The translations under genes and the position numbers were made by a program. Below, piece by piece: positions 38,476-48,590 of a stretch of 60,822 bases of DNA. Source of the stretch: Reclinomonas americana ATCC 50394 (lineage: Eukaryota); assembly GCA_048213135.1 (NCBI GenBank), contig PS015019.1:7629-68450 (forward strand), read 5' to 3'. Each line of letters opens with the position of its first letter. Within the stretch, counting starts at the first letter, position 1. The notes under the pieces are model-generated. The model saw nothing but the letters and a program-made list of their open reading frames with translations, did not search any database and had not been told where the DNA came from.

Positions 38476-38710
38476 AGAGAGGAGTCGTCCGACGAGAGAN
38501 NNNNNNNNNNNNNNNNNNNNNNNNNNNNNNNNNNNNNNNNNNNNNNNNNNNNNNNNNNNNNNNNNNNNNNNNNNNNNNNNNNNNNNNNNNNNNNNNNTGT
38601 TGCTGCTGCTCTTGTTGGGGTTTCTGTTGCGCAGTGGAGGGGGCGTTGGTGGGCTTGTTGGCGGTGCTGGGTGGCGCTTGTTGCACGGGAACACTGCCAC
38701 CACAGCCCAT
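37066..38710 (-). CDS. N-acylated (MGCGGS) EF-hand-like protein with a duplicated ~110-aa domain, multi-exon with gap
   Basis: Starts MGCGGS (myristoylation/palmitoylation pattern). Two repeats end in EF-hand-like LFADMDPARRGHVSRADFE and LFPMLDTRHAGSVQQPEFE. Stop at 37066-37068. Confidence 0.75.
38426..38472. repeat. (GT)n microsatellite in an intron of the EF-hand gene
   Basis: Direct inspection. Confidence 0.95.
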
Positions 38711-39245
38711 TTTGTTGCGTTTCGTCTCTCACTCACGACGATGGAATGAAAATCAATCCGTTTGTCATGTGCCGCAATCGGACGTTATTGGATTGTCGGC
38801 GGAACGTGCAGCTATCCATCGTTGAAGAACGGCATTGTGTTGTTGCTAGGCTTCAATGCTCACAGAATATAATTCACGGTGGACGCTGCGTTTGCAGAAT
38901 TAATTGCGCACGACGTCGACGTTGTATTCGGAGAACGAGGCTCTGTTTGCTTCGGCTGTGCTTGGAAGGCGTACATACCTGTCAAGTACAGATGGCCGGC
39001 AGCACGGTAGGCTTCCTATGTGCGATCCTCGCCTCTCCGATCGCCAAGTCCATCTCGACGTCGACGTCGACGTTTTCCAATTGCAAATGCTTCCCACGAG
39101 GTTTGCAGCTGCCGTATTTCCATGATCTCTGGTAAAACTCGTGCCTCTCTTTCCTCCTCTCCTGCTCCAGGCTGTGCAGTTGAGGAGAAGGCGCGTTAAT
39201 CGTCCTCAAGATCTTTTCGGACAGAGTGCCTTTGTGGCACGAGGG

Positions 39246-41772
39246 ATGGCGCCGTTCCTGTACTTCTGCAGCCAGTGGACGTCCATTGATGCCATGGTGG
39301 ATGTGTTCTCGGGCACCTCGTGCAACTGGGTGTGTGCAGTCGCGCACAACGGTGATTGCAACGCAGCGATCATTGCAACTCACACTTGCCACGCAGTCGT
39401 TGCAGCAGGCGTTCATCTACAACGAAAAGACTGTGCAGTTCACGGTGGATGCGGTGTTTAGGGGTGTGGCGCTGGGGTTCTGTGTTTTAGGACTGCTGGT
39501 GAGTGGACACTCACATCTTCACACGCACCCTCTCTCACACACGCGCACTCACTGCTGCTGTTCAGCTGGTCTTCCGGTTCAGAAAGCGCGATGCTGTGAG
39601 GAACAGATCGCCAAGGCTGCTTATTCTGCTGGTGCATTCATCGCTCTGCATGCATGTTCGGATTTTGGGTTCCACGCTCATTATCATTCGTTCCCTCCGA
39701 TCCCTCCCCACCGCGCATATTACCCCTTGCGTATGGCAGTATATTGTCGGCATCATCGTGATGTCTCTTCGCCTGGCTTCTGATTTCGCACGCGACGAGG
39801 TCAGCACCCGCCCCTTTTCACGAAGTTCCGAGACCGCTTTGTCTCAATCGCCGCCCCCTGCGCGCACAGTTTCTCTGGATCGACTATGTGGACTCGTACA
39901 TTTCGCTCCCCGCCGTGCTTCTCGTGCCACTGGTGAGCGTCGTCCTTGCGCATGCTGCATAGTTCTGGATCCGCCCTCACTCGTCTCCACCACCGCGCAG
40001 CTGCGCGCGATTCGGGTGTTTCTTGCCGCACGGGCGTCGAGGTCGACCGCCGCTGCTGCTCGGAACGCCAATAGCGAGCGAGAGGAGGCGCGCGCTGTGG
40101 AAAAGATGATGAAACGAACGCGGCTGAGCAAGCGTCTGAGGTGTGTCTCGCTCCTCTTCGCGTGTTCTTCATGCCTGCCGCTCACCACTGCAGCTTGGCA
40201 GGGAGAATGTGATGTTGGCCTTCTGGTATCCCACGGCCATGACGCCCTTTATGGTTGGTGTGTCTCACAGGGACTGCGTGCGTGCGCCTCGCTCACTCGT
40301 GTGGCAGATCGCGTTCCTGAGTTCGTATTTTACAAGACCAAGTGTGCCGGCTGTCGAGCTCGAGTACTTTTGCTCGCATCTGGACGAAGTGTACTGCCCC
40401 TTCTTCAACGCCCAGCATGCGGTGGTGATCTTTGCTTGTGCGCTGGTGCGTGTTGAGTGACTCTTTGTCGACGCGCACGCTCACCCTCTGACAATTGTAT
40501 GTGCAGACCCTTGCCTTTGGTGTGGCGTACACGGTCATTGCCCTGGTCCTCCTGCGGCGTGTCAACGACGCGTTTTCAGTGGCCTCCGAGTTGCGTGCTT
40601 GCTGGATGTGGAAAGAGAGAGAGAGAGGAACGCTCATTGCTCACCCTGTCGTGCAGGTTGAAAGTTCTCTCGTGCATTATCGCGTTGACCGCGCTGCCTT
40701 TTGCCATTACGCGACTGGCCGGTCCTCCGTCGGAGAAAATGTGGTTGGCGCCCTTTGAGCAGGCACTGTCTGGCGTGTTCTACTTGGTGGGTCCTGCTTG
40801 TCGTCGTCATCATCTCGACCCTTCTAAATTCTGATTGCGCACATGCATCGCAGGCGGTGACAATCACGCCGCTGGCCGCCATTCTTCGCCACTGGCGACG
40901 CGAAGTGTTGAGAGAGCACTCGTCGCGACAGCGGAGTGCCACGTGGGGATCGCAGACACTCTCGCAGCGCATGATCGAGCGACCGGAGCCGTCGTTCCTG
41001 GACATCCTGCAATCCATCGACGGGCGCCAGGCGTTTCGGGAGTACCTGGGTGAGTGACCGACGCACTCGAACTGCCTTGTCGTCGTTACACTCATCACCG
41101 TCATGCAAAAACAGCCACCGAGTTTGCTGTGGAAAACCTCCAGTTCTACGAGCGTGTGCAGGAGTACAAGGAGAAGGGAGTGCGTGCGCGTGCTGATGAT
41201 TCTGTGTGTGCTGTTCAGTTGTCTCTGACGCACTCCTGACAGCAAGCCTACGAGGAGCTGGCGACCAAGTCGGCGGAGCAGAGTGCCGAGCTGCGTCGCT
41301 TTGGGCAGTCGATTGTCGACGACTTTCTCACCGACAATGCACCGTTCGAGCTGAACCTGCCGAGCAAGTCGCGGAGGGCGGTGATGAGCGCAATCGAAGT
41401 GGGCGGGCCGGATGTGTTTGTGCGGCGGCATGAGTGGCCGTCGGAATCGCAGACCTCACTCAAGGGCACAAGTAGGGAGAGTGACGAGTGGCCGTGTGGT
41501 GAGTGGGAAGAAGGGGAGATGAAAGAAGCTGCGTGGCCTTGACACAACGCGTGTGCTTTGTGTGATGCAGTCTTCGATCCGGCTCTGCTGTCGGTGCTCA
41601 GATTAATGCGCAGCGACAGCTTCTCGGTGAGTGAGACGAGTTGTGCCATCTGCAAGTGCAGTCGACTCACTTGCGTCGCGGATGTGCGCAGCGATTCCTG
41701 CGGTCGCCGATTTACGCACGATTGATATCGGAATCAACAGAGATGATAGAGATGAAGGCGAACCTGTTATAA
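39246..41772 (+). CDS. 7TM-RGS: multi-pass membrane domain fused to an RGS domain, multi-exon
   Basis: TM exons with RKRDAVRNRSPRLL, LLVPL|LRAIRVF and DAFSVASE|LK, then RGS: FLDILQSIDGRQAFREYL|ATEFAVENLQFY...IVDDFLTDNAPFELNLPSKSR...FDPALLSVLRLMRSDSFS|RFLRSPIY. Confidence 0.88.
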
Positions 41773-42163
41773 TGTACCACATAGGCGATAGATATACGAG
41801 GCGGGAGGTGGGAACAAGTCGCTGCGACGTCGATTTCTTCCGCGGCCGAGCCGCGACGTTACGATATCGAAATCGAAGTGTGAGCGCAATATTTATTCTG
41901 ACACCTCCATCACCACCACCACCACCGCTGCGGCTATCTCGGCCTACTCCCCACCAGCCAGGAAGCCTTCCATCTCGTCATTTTGCATCACATTCAAACG
42001 AATTTGAGGAGGGAAAACCGAACAAACAACCTCACCGCAATGCACCCTCGCGTCGCGAAGACCACCGGCGTCTTCGTTGATTTGAGCATGCAGCGCAGCC
42101 CGTAAACTTTCTCACACTCTGGCGAGCCAAGACCAACACCTCTTCCTCTCCTCTCTTCTCAAC

Positions 42164-45100
42164 ATGATGCGCTCGCATTCTGTGACATCGGTGGTGGTGC
42201 TCCTCGTGCTTCTCAGTGTGGTGGCACTGGCGGCACCGCGCACACCCGCTGTGCAAATCTACAATGGATCCACCCTCTTGTGTGGTGAGTGCGAATGTGT
42301 GTGAGTGTGCGTGCTCACCCTTGAGCTCTCTCTCATCACTCTCTCTCTTTCTTGCGCGCAGCGGGTGTGATGGTGTCGTCGACGGAGGTGTTGACGGCGG
42401 CCTCGTGTGTTGGCACACTGAGTGTGTCGTCGCTGTCGGTGCAGGTGGACGGGCAGACTGTGGCAGTGCAGGTGTGTGTGTGTGTGTCTCGTGAAAGGAC
42501 AAGTCTGTGCGCGAGGGCTGACTTGTCGGTGCGCAGTCGATTTTGAACGCGCAGGCTGGCGGCGAGCAAGGCGGTCAACAGGGTGGCCAGCAGGGCGGCC
42601 AGGAGGGTGGCCAGCAGGGCGGTCAGCAGGGCGGTCAGCAGGGTGGCCAGCAGGGTGGCCAGCAGGGTGGCCAACAGGGCGGTCAGCAGCAGGGTGGCCA
42701 ACAAGGCGGCCAGCAGGGTGGCCAACAGGGTGGCCAACAGGGTGGTCAGCAAGGTGGCCAGCAGGGTGGCCAGCAAGGTGGCCAGCAGGGTGGCCAACAG
42801 GGTGGCCAGCAGGGTGGCCAGCAGGGTGGCCAGCAGCCTCCGCAGCAAGGTGGTGAGCAGGGCCAGCAAGGCGGCCAGCAGCAGCCCCCTCAGCAGGGTG
42901 GCCAGCAGCAGGGCGGCCAGCAGCAGGGTGGCCAACAGCAGGGTGGCCAACAGCAGGGTGGCCAGCAGCAGGGTGGCCAGCAGCAAGGTGGCCAACAGCA
43001 GGGTGGCCAGCAGCAGGGTGGCCAGCAGCAGGGTGGCCAGCAGCAGGGCGGCCAACAGCAGGGCGGCCAACAGCAGGGTGGCCAACAGCAGGGCGGTCAG
43101 CAGCAGGGTGGCCAGCAGCAGGGCGGCCAGCAGCAGGGTGGCCAGCAGCAGGGCGGCCAGCAGCAGGGCGGCCAGCAGCAGGGTGGCCAGCAGCAGGGCG
43201 GTCAGCAGCAGGGTGGCCAGCAGCAGGGCGGCCAGCAGCAGGGCGGCCAGCNNNNNNNNNNNNNNNNNNNNNNNNNNNNNNNNNNNNNNNNNNNNNNNNN
43301 NNNNNNNNNNNNNNNNNNNNNNNNNNNNNNNNNNNNNNNNNNNNNNNNNNNNNNNNNNNNNNNNNNNNNNNNNNNNNNNNNNNNNNNNNNNNNNNNNNNN
43401 NNNNNNNNNNNNNNNNNNNNNNNNNNNNNNNNNNNNNNNNNNNNNNNNNNNNNNNNNNNNNNNNNNNNNNNNNNNNNNNNNNNNNNNNNNNNNNNNNNNN
43501 NNNNNNNNNNNNNNNNNNNNNNNNNNNNNNNNNNNNNNNNNNNNNNNNNNNNNNNNNNNNNNNNNNNNNNNNNNNNNNNNNNNNNNNNNNNNNNNNNNNN
43601 NNNNNNNNNNNNNNNNNNNNNNNNNNNNNNNNNNNNNNNNNNNNNNNNNNNNNNNNNNNNNNNNNNNNNNNNNNNNNNNNNNNNNNNNNNNNNNNNNNNN
43701 NNNNNNNNNNNNNNNNNNNNNNNNNNNNNNNNNNNNNNNNNNNNNNNNNNNNNNNNNNNNNNNNNNNNNNNNNNNNNNNNNNNNNNNNNNNNNNNNNNNN
43801 NNNNNNNNNNNNNNNNNNNNNNNNNNNNNNNNNNNNNNNNNNNNNNNNNNNNNNNNNNNNNNNNNNNNNNNNNNNNNNNNNNNNNNNNNNNNNNNNNNNN
43901 NNNNNNNNNNNNNNNNNNNNNNNNNNNNAGCAGGGTGCGCCGCTCGTCGTCCTCCGCCTAGCCTCGGCGGTGACGCTCTCCTCGTCCCCGCCGTCGATCA
44001 GCACCTCGGACACGCACAGCTTGTCGGGAATGCCGGTGGTGGTCCTGGTGCCCAATGGCGCCCCGGTGTACACCTCGGTGTCGTCGGCCAGCACCACCAC
44101 TACTACCACTGTGCGCGCGGCCGATCCGAACTGCCGCCCGACCAACGGGTCGGTGTGCCTCAACGATTGCGTCGAAGGTGCCTCCGGTGCGCCGATCCTG
44201 TCGGCCTCCACCGGCGAGCTGGTGGCCGTCGGCAGCGGCGCTGCGGCCGGTGCGTCGTGCTCGGGCAGTGCGGTGGCGGTGGCACCCGCCGCCACCTGGG
44301 TGCACGAGGTGGCTCCGCAGAGCACTCTGGCACAGTCGACCACCTCTGGCGGCAGCGCCTCGTCTTCATCGTCGAAGCGCACACTGATCATCGGCCTGTC
44401 CGCGGGACTCGGTGGCGGTGCGCTGGTGGCCGTCGGNNNNNNNNNNNNNNNNNNNNNNNNNNNNNNNNNNNNNNNNNNNNNNNNNNNNNNNNNNNNNNNN
44501 NNNNNNNNNNNNNNNNNNNNNNNNNNNNNNNNNNNNNNNNNNNNNNNNNNNNNNNNNNNNNNNNNNNNNNNNNNNNNNNNNNNNNNNNNNNNNNNNNNNN
44601 NNNNNNNNNNNNNNNNNNNNNNNNNNNNNNNNNNNNNNNNNNNNNNNNNNNNNNNNNNNNNNNNNNNNNNNNNNNNNNNNNNNNNNNNNNNNNNNNNNNN
44701 NNNNNNNNNNNNNNNNNNNNNNNNNNNNNNNNNNNNNNNNNNNNNNNNNNNNNNNNNNNNNNNNNNNNNNNNNNNNNNNNNNNNNNNNNNNNNNNNNNNN
44801 NNNNNNNNNNNNNNNNNNNNNNNNNNNNNNNNNNNNNNNNNNNNNNNNNNNNNNNNNNNNNNNNNNNNNNNNNNNNNNNNNNNNNNNNNNNNNNNNNNNN
44901 NNNNNNNNNCGTGGTCTTGGCCATTGTGCTGATGCGCCGTCGTCGTCGCCACTCGCTGCAGCAGCATCAGATGAAGAAGCTCGGCTCCACTGCCTCGTCG
45001 GTGGTCATTGACATGAAGACGGGTGCAGCGGCGGCCACGGACGACCTGCACACGAGTGGCTCGACAACTCCCGACGAGTGCGGCCTCAGCGATATTGACC

Positions 45101-45483
45101 TGGAGAGTGCCCGCAGCACTACACGCCTCGCTGGCGGCGATTGCACACGCGATCCCGACGCCAACAGCAACTGGTCACGGTCGTCGTCGCACGCTTGGCT
45201 GCCGACCGTGCCGTGCACCAACATTGCGTTCGACGAAAATGCTTCGTCGTCGGCCGGATTGCCGTCACCGCCAGCCAGCGCACATGCGGCGCATCGCCAC
45301 TCGCCGCCGCCACCACCGTTGCCGGCGCTTTCGCGGTCCGCATCGGCCATGGTGGCCGTGCGACCAGCCTTGGGTGGCGAGGCCAGCGCAGATGCAGTGT
45401 ACCTGCCGAACTACTCGCCACCACAGTCGCCGGTGCTGTCGTCCACTCGCGACTCGTCTCGGGCGCCAGTTGTCGCGCCTTGA
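42164..45483 (+). CDS. Type I membrane protein with a catalytically degenerate trypsin-like (S1) fold interrupted by a Gly/Gln repeat
   Basis: Signal peptide MMRSHSVTSVVVLLVLLSVVALA; LC|AGVMVSSTEVLTAASCV; GGQ repeat; APLVVLRLASAV; DCVEGASGAPIL; ELVAVGS...C...ATWVHEV; TM LIIGLSAGLGGGALVAVGVVLAIVLM followed by RRRRR; Ser/Pro-rich tail. Confidence 0.8.
42558..43933 (+). repeat. Coding tandem repeat (GGQQ)n followed by (GGQQQ)n, partly in an N gap
   Basis: 12-nt period to about 42835, two PPQ breaks, then 15-nt period to 43251. Synonymous variation (GGT/GGC, CAG/CAA). Resumes as AG CAG GGT after the gap. Confidence 0.95.
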
Positions 45484-45662
45484 AAGATGAAGAAAAAGCA
45501 CTTATTATTAATGAATGAATGTGTACTTTGTTGTGTTTATCAAGATCTCGAGAGAAGAAGGAGAAGAGCTACTGCAACAATGTCGAAGTCAAAGCCCATG
45601 ACGCAGAGAGGTCCTGCTGTCATCTTTGATCTAGACTCGATATCGGCGAGGTGGGAGTGAGG

Positions 45663-48529
45663 ATGGACGATCGGCCATTCTCGCTGGCGTCCTCATCGCC
45701 AGCGCTCTCCATGAGCACCTCCTCCTCCGCATCACCCACCGAATCATCGTCGTCTTCGTCATCATCGCCCGTGCGTGGCGATCGAACCAACAGTGCGACT
45801 CTCATCCATTCACCTTTTCTCCATTGGTGATGTGTGTAACCTCTTTGTGCGTGTGTCTGTGTGTGCACAGGCGCTGCACCGCCGCATCGCCGTCGTCGAG
45901 ATTGGCGACGTCGCGGTCATCATCCACAATGTTGCGTATGGATGCAGTCGCTCGTTCCCTCTCTCTCTCTCACACACACACACGTTGACACTGACACACT
46001 TGTGCAGCATCGCCTCCGAGGGCGACACTGCGATCTGCGGTCGCGCAAGTCGCCGCCGACTTTGATTTCTCCTCGGCGGCACCCGCGGTTTGTGTTCCCT
46101 TTCCCTTCCCCTTTCATGCGCTCTGCGACTGACTGCATGCATGCATGCATCGTCAACGCGTAGGCCGGCGACTCGCGGTTCGTGAATGCACACTCTTGCA
46201 CGATCAAGGACGTGCATGCCTGACTGTATGTGCTTGCAGTCGACAACAGGAGCAGAGTTCTACCCTTCGCCAGCAGGTGTTCTCCTTGTCGGAGCGAGTG
46301 GGTCAGCTGCAAGACAAGGTGCCGTGTGAGTGACACTCTTCGCATGCTTTATAATCACTAATATCGTTAGCTGCACAAAAAGCTGGAGAAGGCGGACTCG
46401 TTGGTGGTGTATCATCGGCGGGAGGTGACTTCGCTGCGTGACGCACTGGAGGAGGCATTGGAGACGACGCGCAAGCTGGCATATGAGAACAAGTACGTAG
46501 TGTTGCTTGACATCTGTCATTTCTCTCTCTCTCTCTTGCTGAACTCCATTGCGCAGTCATCTGAACAAGGCACTGACGACGGCCGACGAGAAGCGGCACA
46601 CCATGGAGAGGAAGACTCGCGGCACTCTGGAAAAGACGCGGCAGTGTTTGCTTCGAGTTGCGCCCGTCAGTAAGCGCACACAAATGCTCGTTTGTCTCAC
46701 ATCGTCAGCGTCGCAGATGGAAAAGGACACCACACAACGCGATCAGGGCATCCGGCGCCTCACCAGTGTCATTTTGAATGCGGTGAAGACACTGGAGAGT
46801 GAGATTCACACGGGGCACGACAGACGCGCCGGTGGCGGTACTGCTGCCGCTGTTGTCATCGGCGACCCGCATCGACACTTGCTGACTGTTCGTCGAGCCG
46901 TCAAGTCGCTACAACAGCTGCTCACTGGCAGTGATGCTGGCGGCGGCGGTGGTGGTGCAGAGCAAGAGGTGCGCTGCTGAGCACTCCACTGCACGTGTAC
47001 ATTTTTTCACTGAACACAGAAGCGTATCACAGCTGCACACCGACTCGGCTGGCGTGTTGTCTCTCGAATTGCAACAGATGCAGCAGGAGCGTGCACAGCT
47101 GCGTGCCGCGCTTTGTAGGCGAGAGAGTGTGTGTGTGTGCTGTCTCCGTTGCTCATCGAACTCTACACAGACTGCGTCAGTCGCTGCGAGAGCGCGACAC
47201 GCTGCTTGCACAACTCTCGCGACAGAACGAGGAGTTTGCCACGCAAAACAACCTGCTGAAGGCGCAACTCGTGGAGGCGTCATCCTTGCAGCAGCGACTG
47301 CAGAGTGTGGTGCACGAGGCGGAGGAGCAGCTGACCAGCGAGCGACAGGCCTCCATGCAAGCTGCGACGTCGTGTGACCAGGTGGAGTGCTGCGATTTTT
47401 GCACGTGTTTGTCACATGCGCACTCACGCATTTGCGGTCACAGCTGCAAGCGGCTCTCAATGTGGAGCGCCAACGCACTGCGCACCTTGAGCAGCGTCTT
47501 GGACAGGCAGCGGAGCACTCGCGCATGGCTCGACTGATTCCGCGCTATCGAGACGCCGTCACAAAAGGTGCGCGCACACGTTCTTCCGTCATGCACGCCC
47601 CTCGAGTCTGCTCACTTTCTCACTCTCTCCCACCACCATTCTTCCTCGCAGTGCACCGACTCTGGCAGCAGGCGTTGCGACAAGGCCAAGCTTGTGCACA
47701 CGAATGCGACACGTTGCGCGGCGAGGTCACTGCTCTGCAACAGGCGTGCGAGCATGCACTGGCCGAGAAGGATGCGCTATCGCAGTCGATGCATACCGCC
47801 TCGTTGCTCGAGGCCGATGTGGCGCAGCTGCGCGAGACAGTGCGGTCGTTAGACATGGCGCTGGAGGATGCTCGCCGCGACCTGCAGCACGCACTGCAGC
47901 GAGAACAACGCGCACAGGCCACTGTGCACCTGCATGAGACCACCATTCGAGAGCTGCGCCAGATGTTGGCAAACGAGCGGCACCGGCGTGATGCAGCCGC
48001 CTTTGCGTCTCCATCGCCACCTCTTGCTGTGCAGCATGTGGCGCTGGGTCGTCCACGAGCGGAACCGCACCCACGATCGGCTGTCTCCCCCCAGCGACGA
48101 GGCAGCCAGGGGACACGAGAAGCTCCTGTAGGCAGTGTTGCTGACGATGTTGTTTTCGTCGGTGGTGATGAGGATGGAAACGACGGCGACGATCTGCTGG
48201 CACTGCCACCGGTATCGGAGTTGGAGGAGGAGCTGCGAGTGTTGCTCCAGCGGACTCCGCCACAGGCGCCACCACCGCCACCACCACCACCACCGTCGGC
48301 ATCGATGTATCGACCGACTGCTGCCAGTAACGTCATGGGTGGCATGCCGCCACCATCGCCACATTCGGGCGGCGTCTTACGACAGGAGATTCAGCACCTC
48401 GACGACGAAATAGCCCATTTGCAACAGTCGCTCCTCGAATGCGCCACGCCCAGCTCAACCGACATTGACGATGAGGCAGCGCTCCGGCGTGAGAGTGGTG
48501 GCAGTGGTTGGCGCAATGCACCTCAATAA
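45663..48529 (+). CDS. Long coiled-coil protein of unknown function, multi-exon
   Basis: Ser-rich N-terminus, many heptad-rich exons (REVTSLRDALEEALETTRKL, LRQSLRERDTLLAQLSRQNEE, LEADVAQLRETVRSL) and a C-terminal LRQEIQHLDDEIAHLQQSL. Confidence 0.7.
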
Positions 48530-48590
48530 TACATCAATACTAAACAAACAAATGTCACCATTTTTTTACTACACATGCGGCATTGAGCAT

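Noticed and set aside
44437-44909. Missing domain hidden in the N gap within the TM segment
   Set aside because: The flanks join as GTC GG|C GTG GTC, giving one continuous TM helix, so the gap is probably zero-length.
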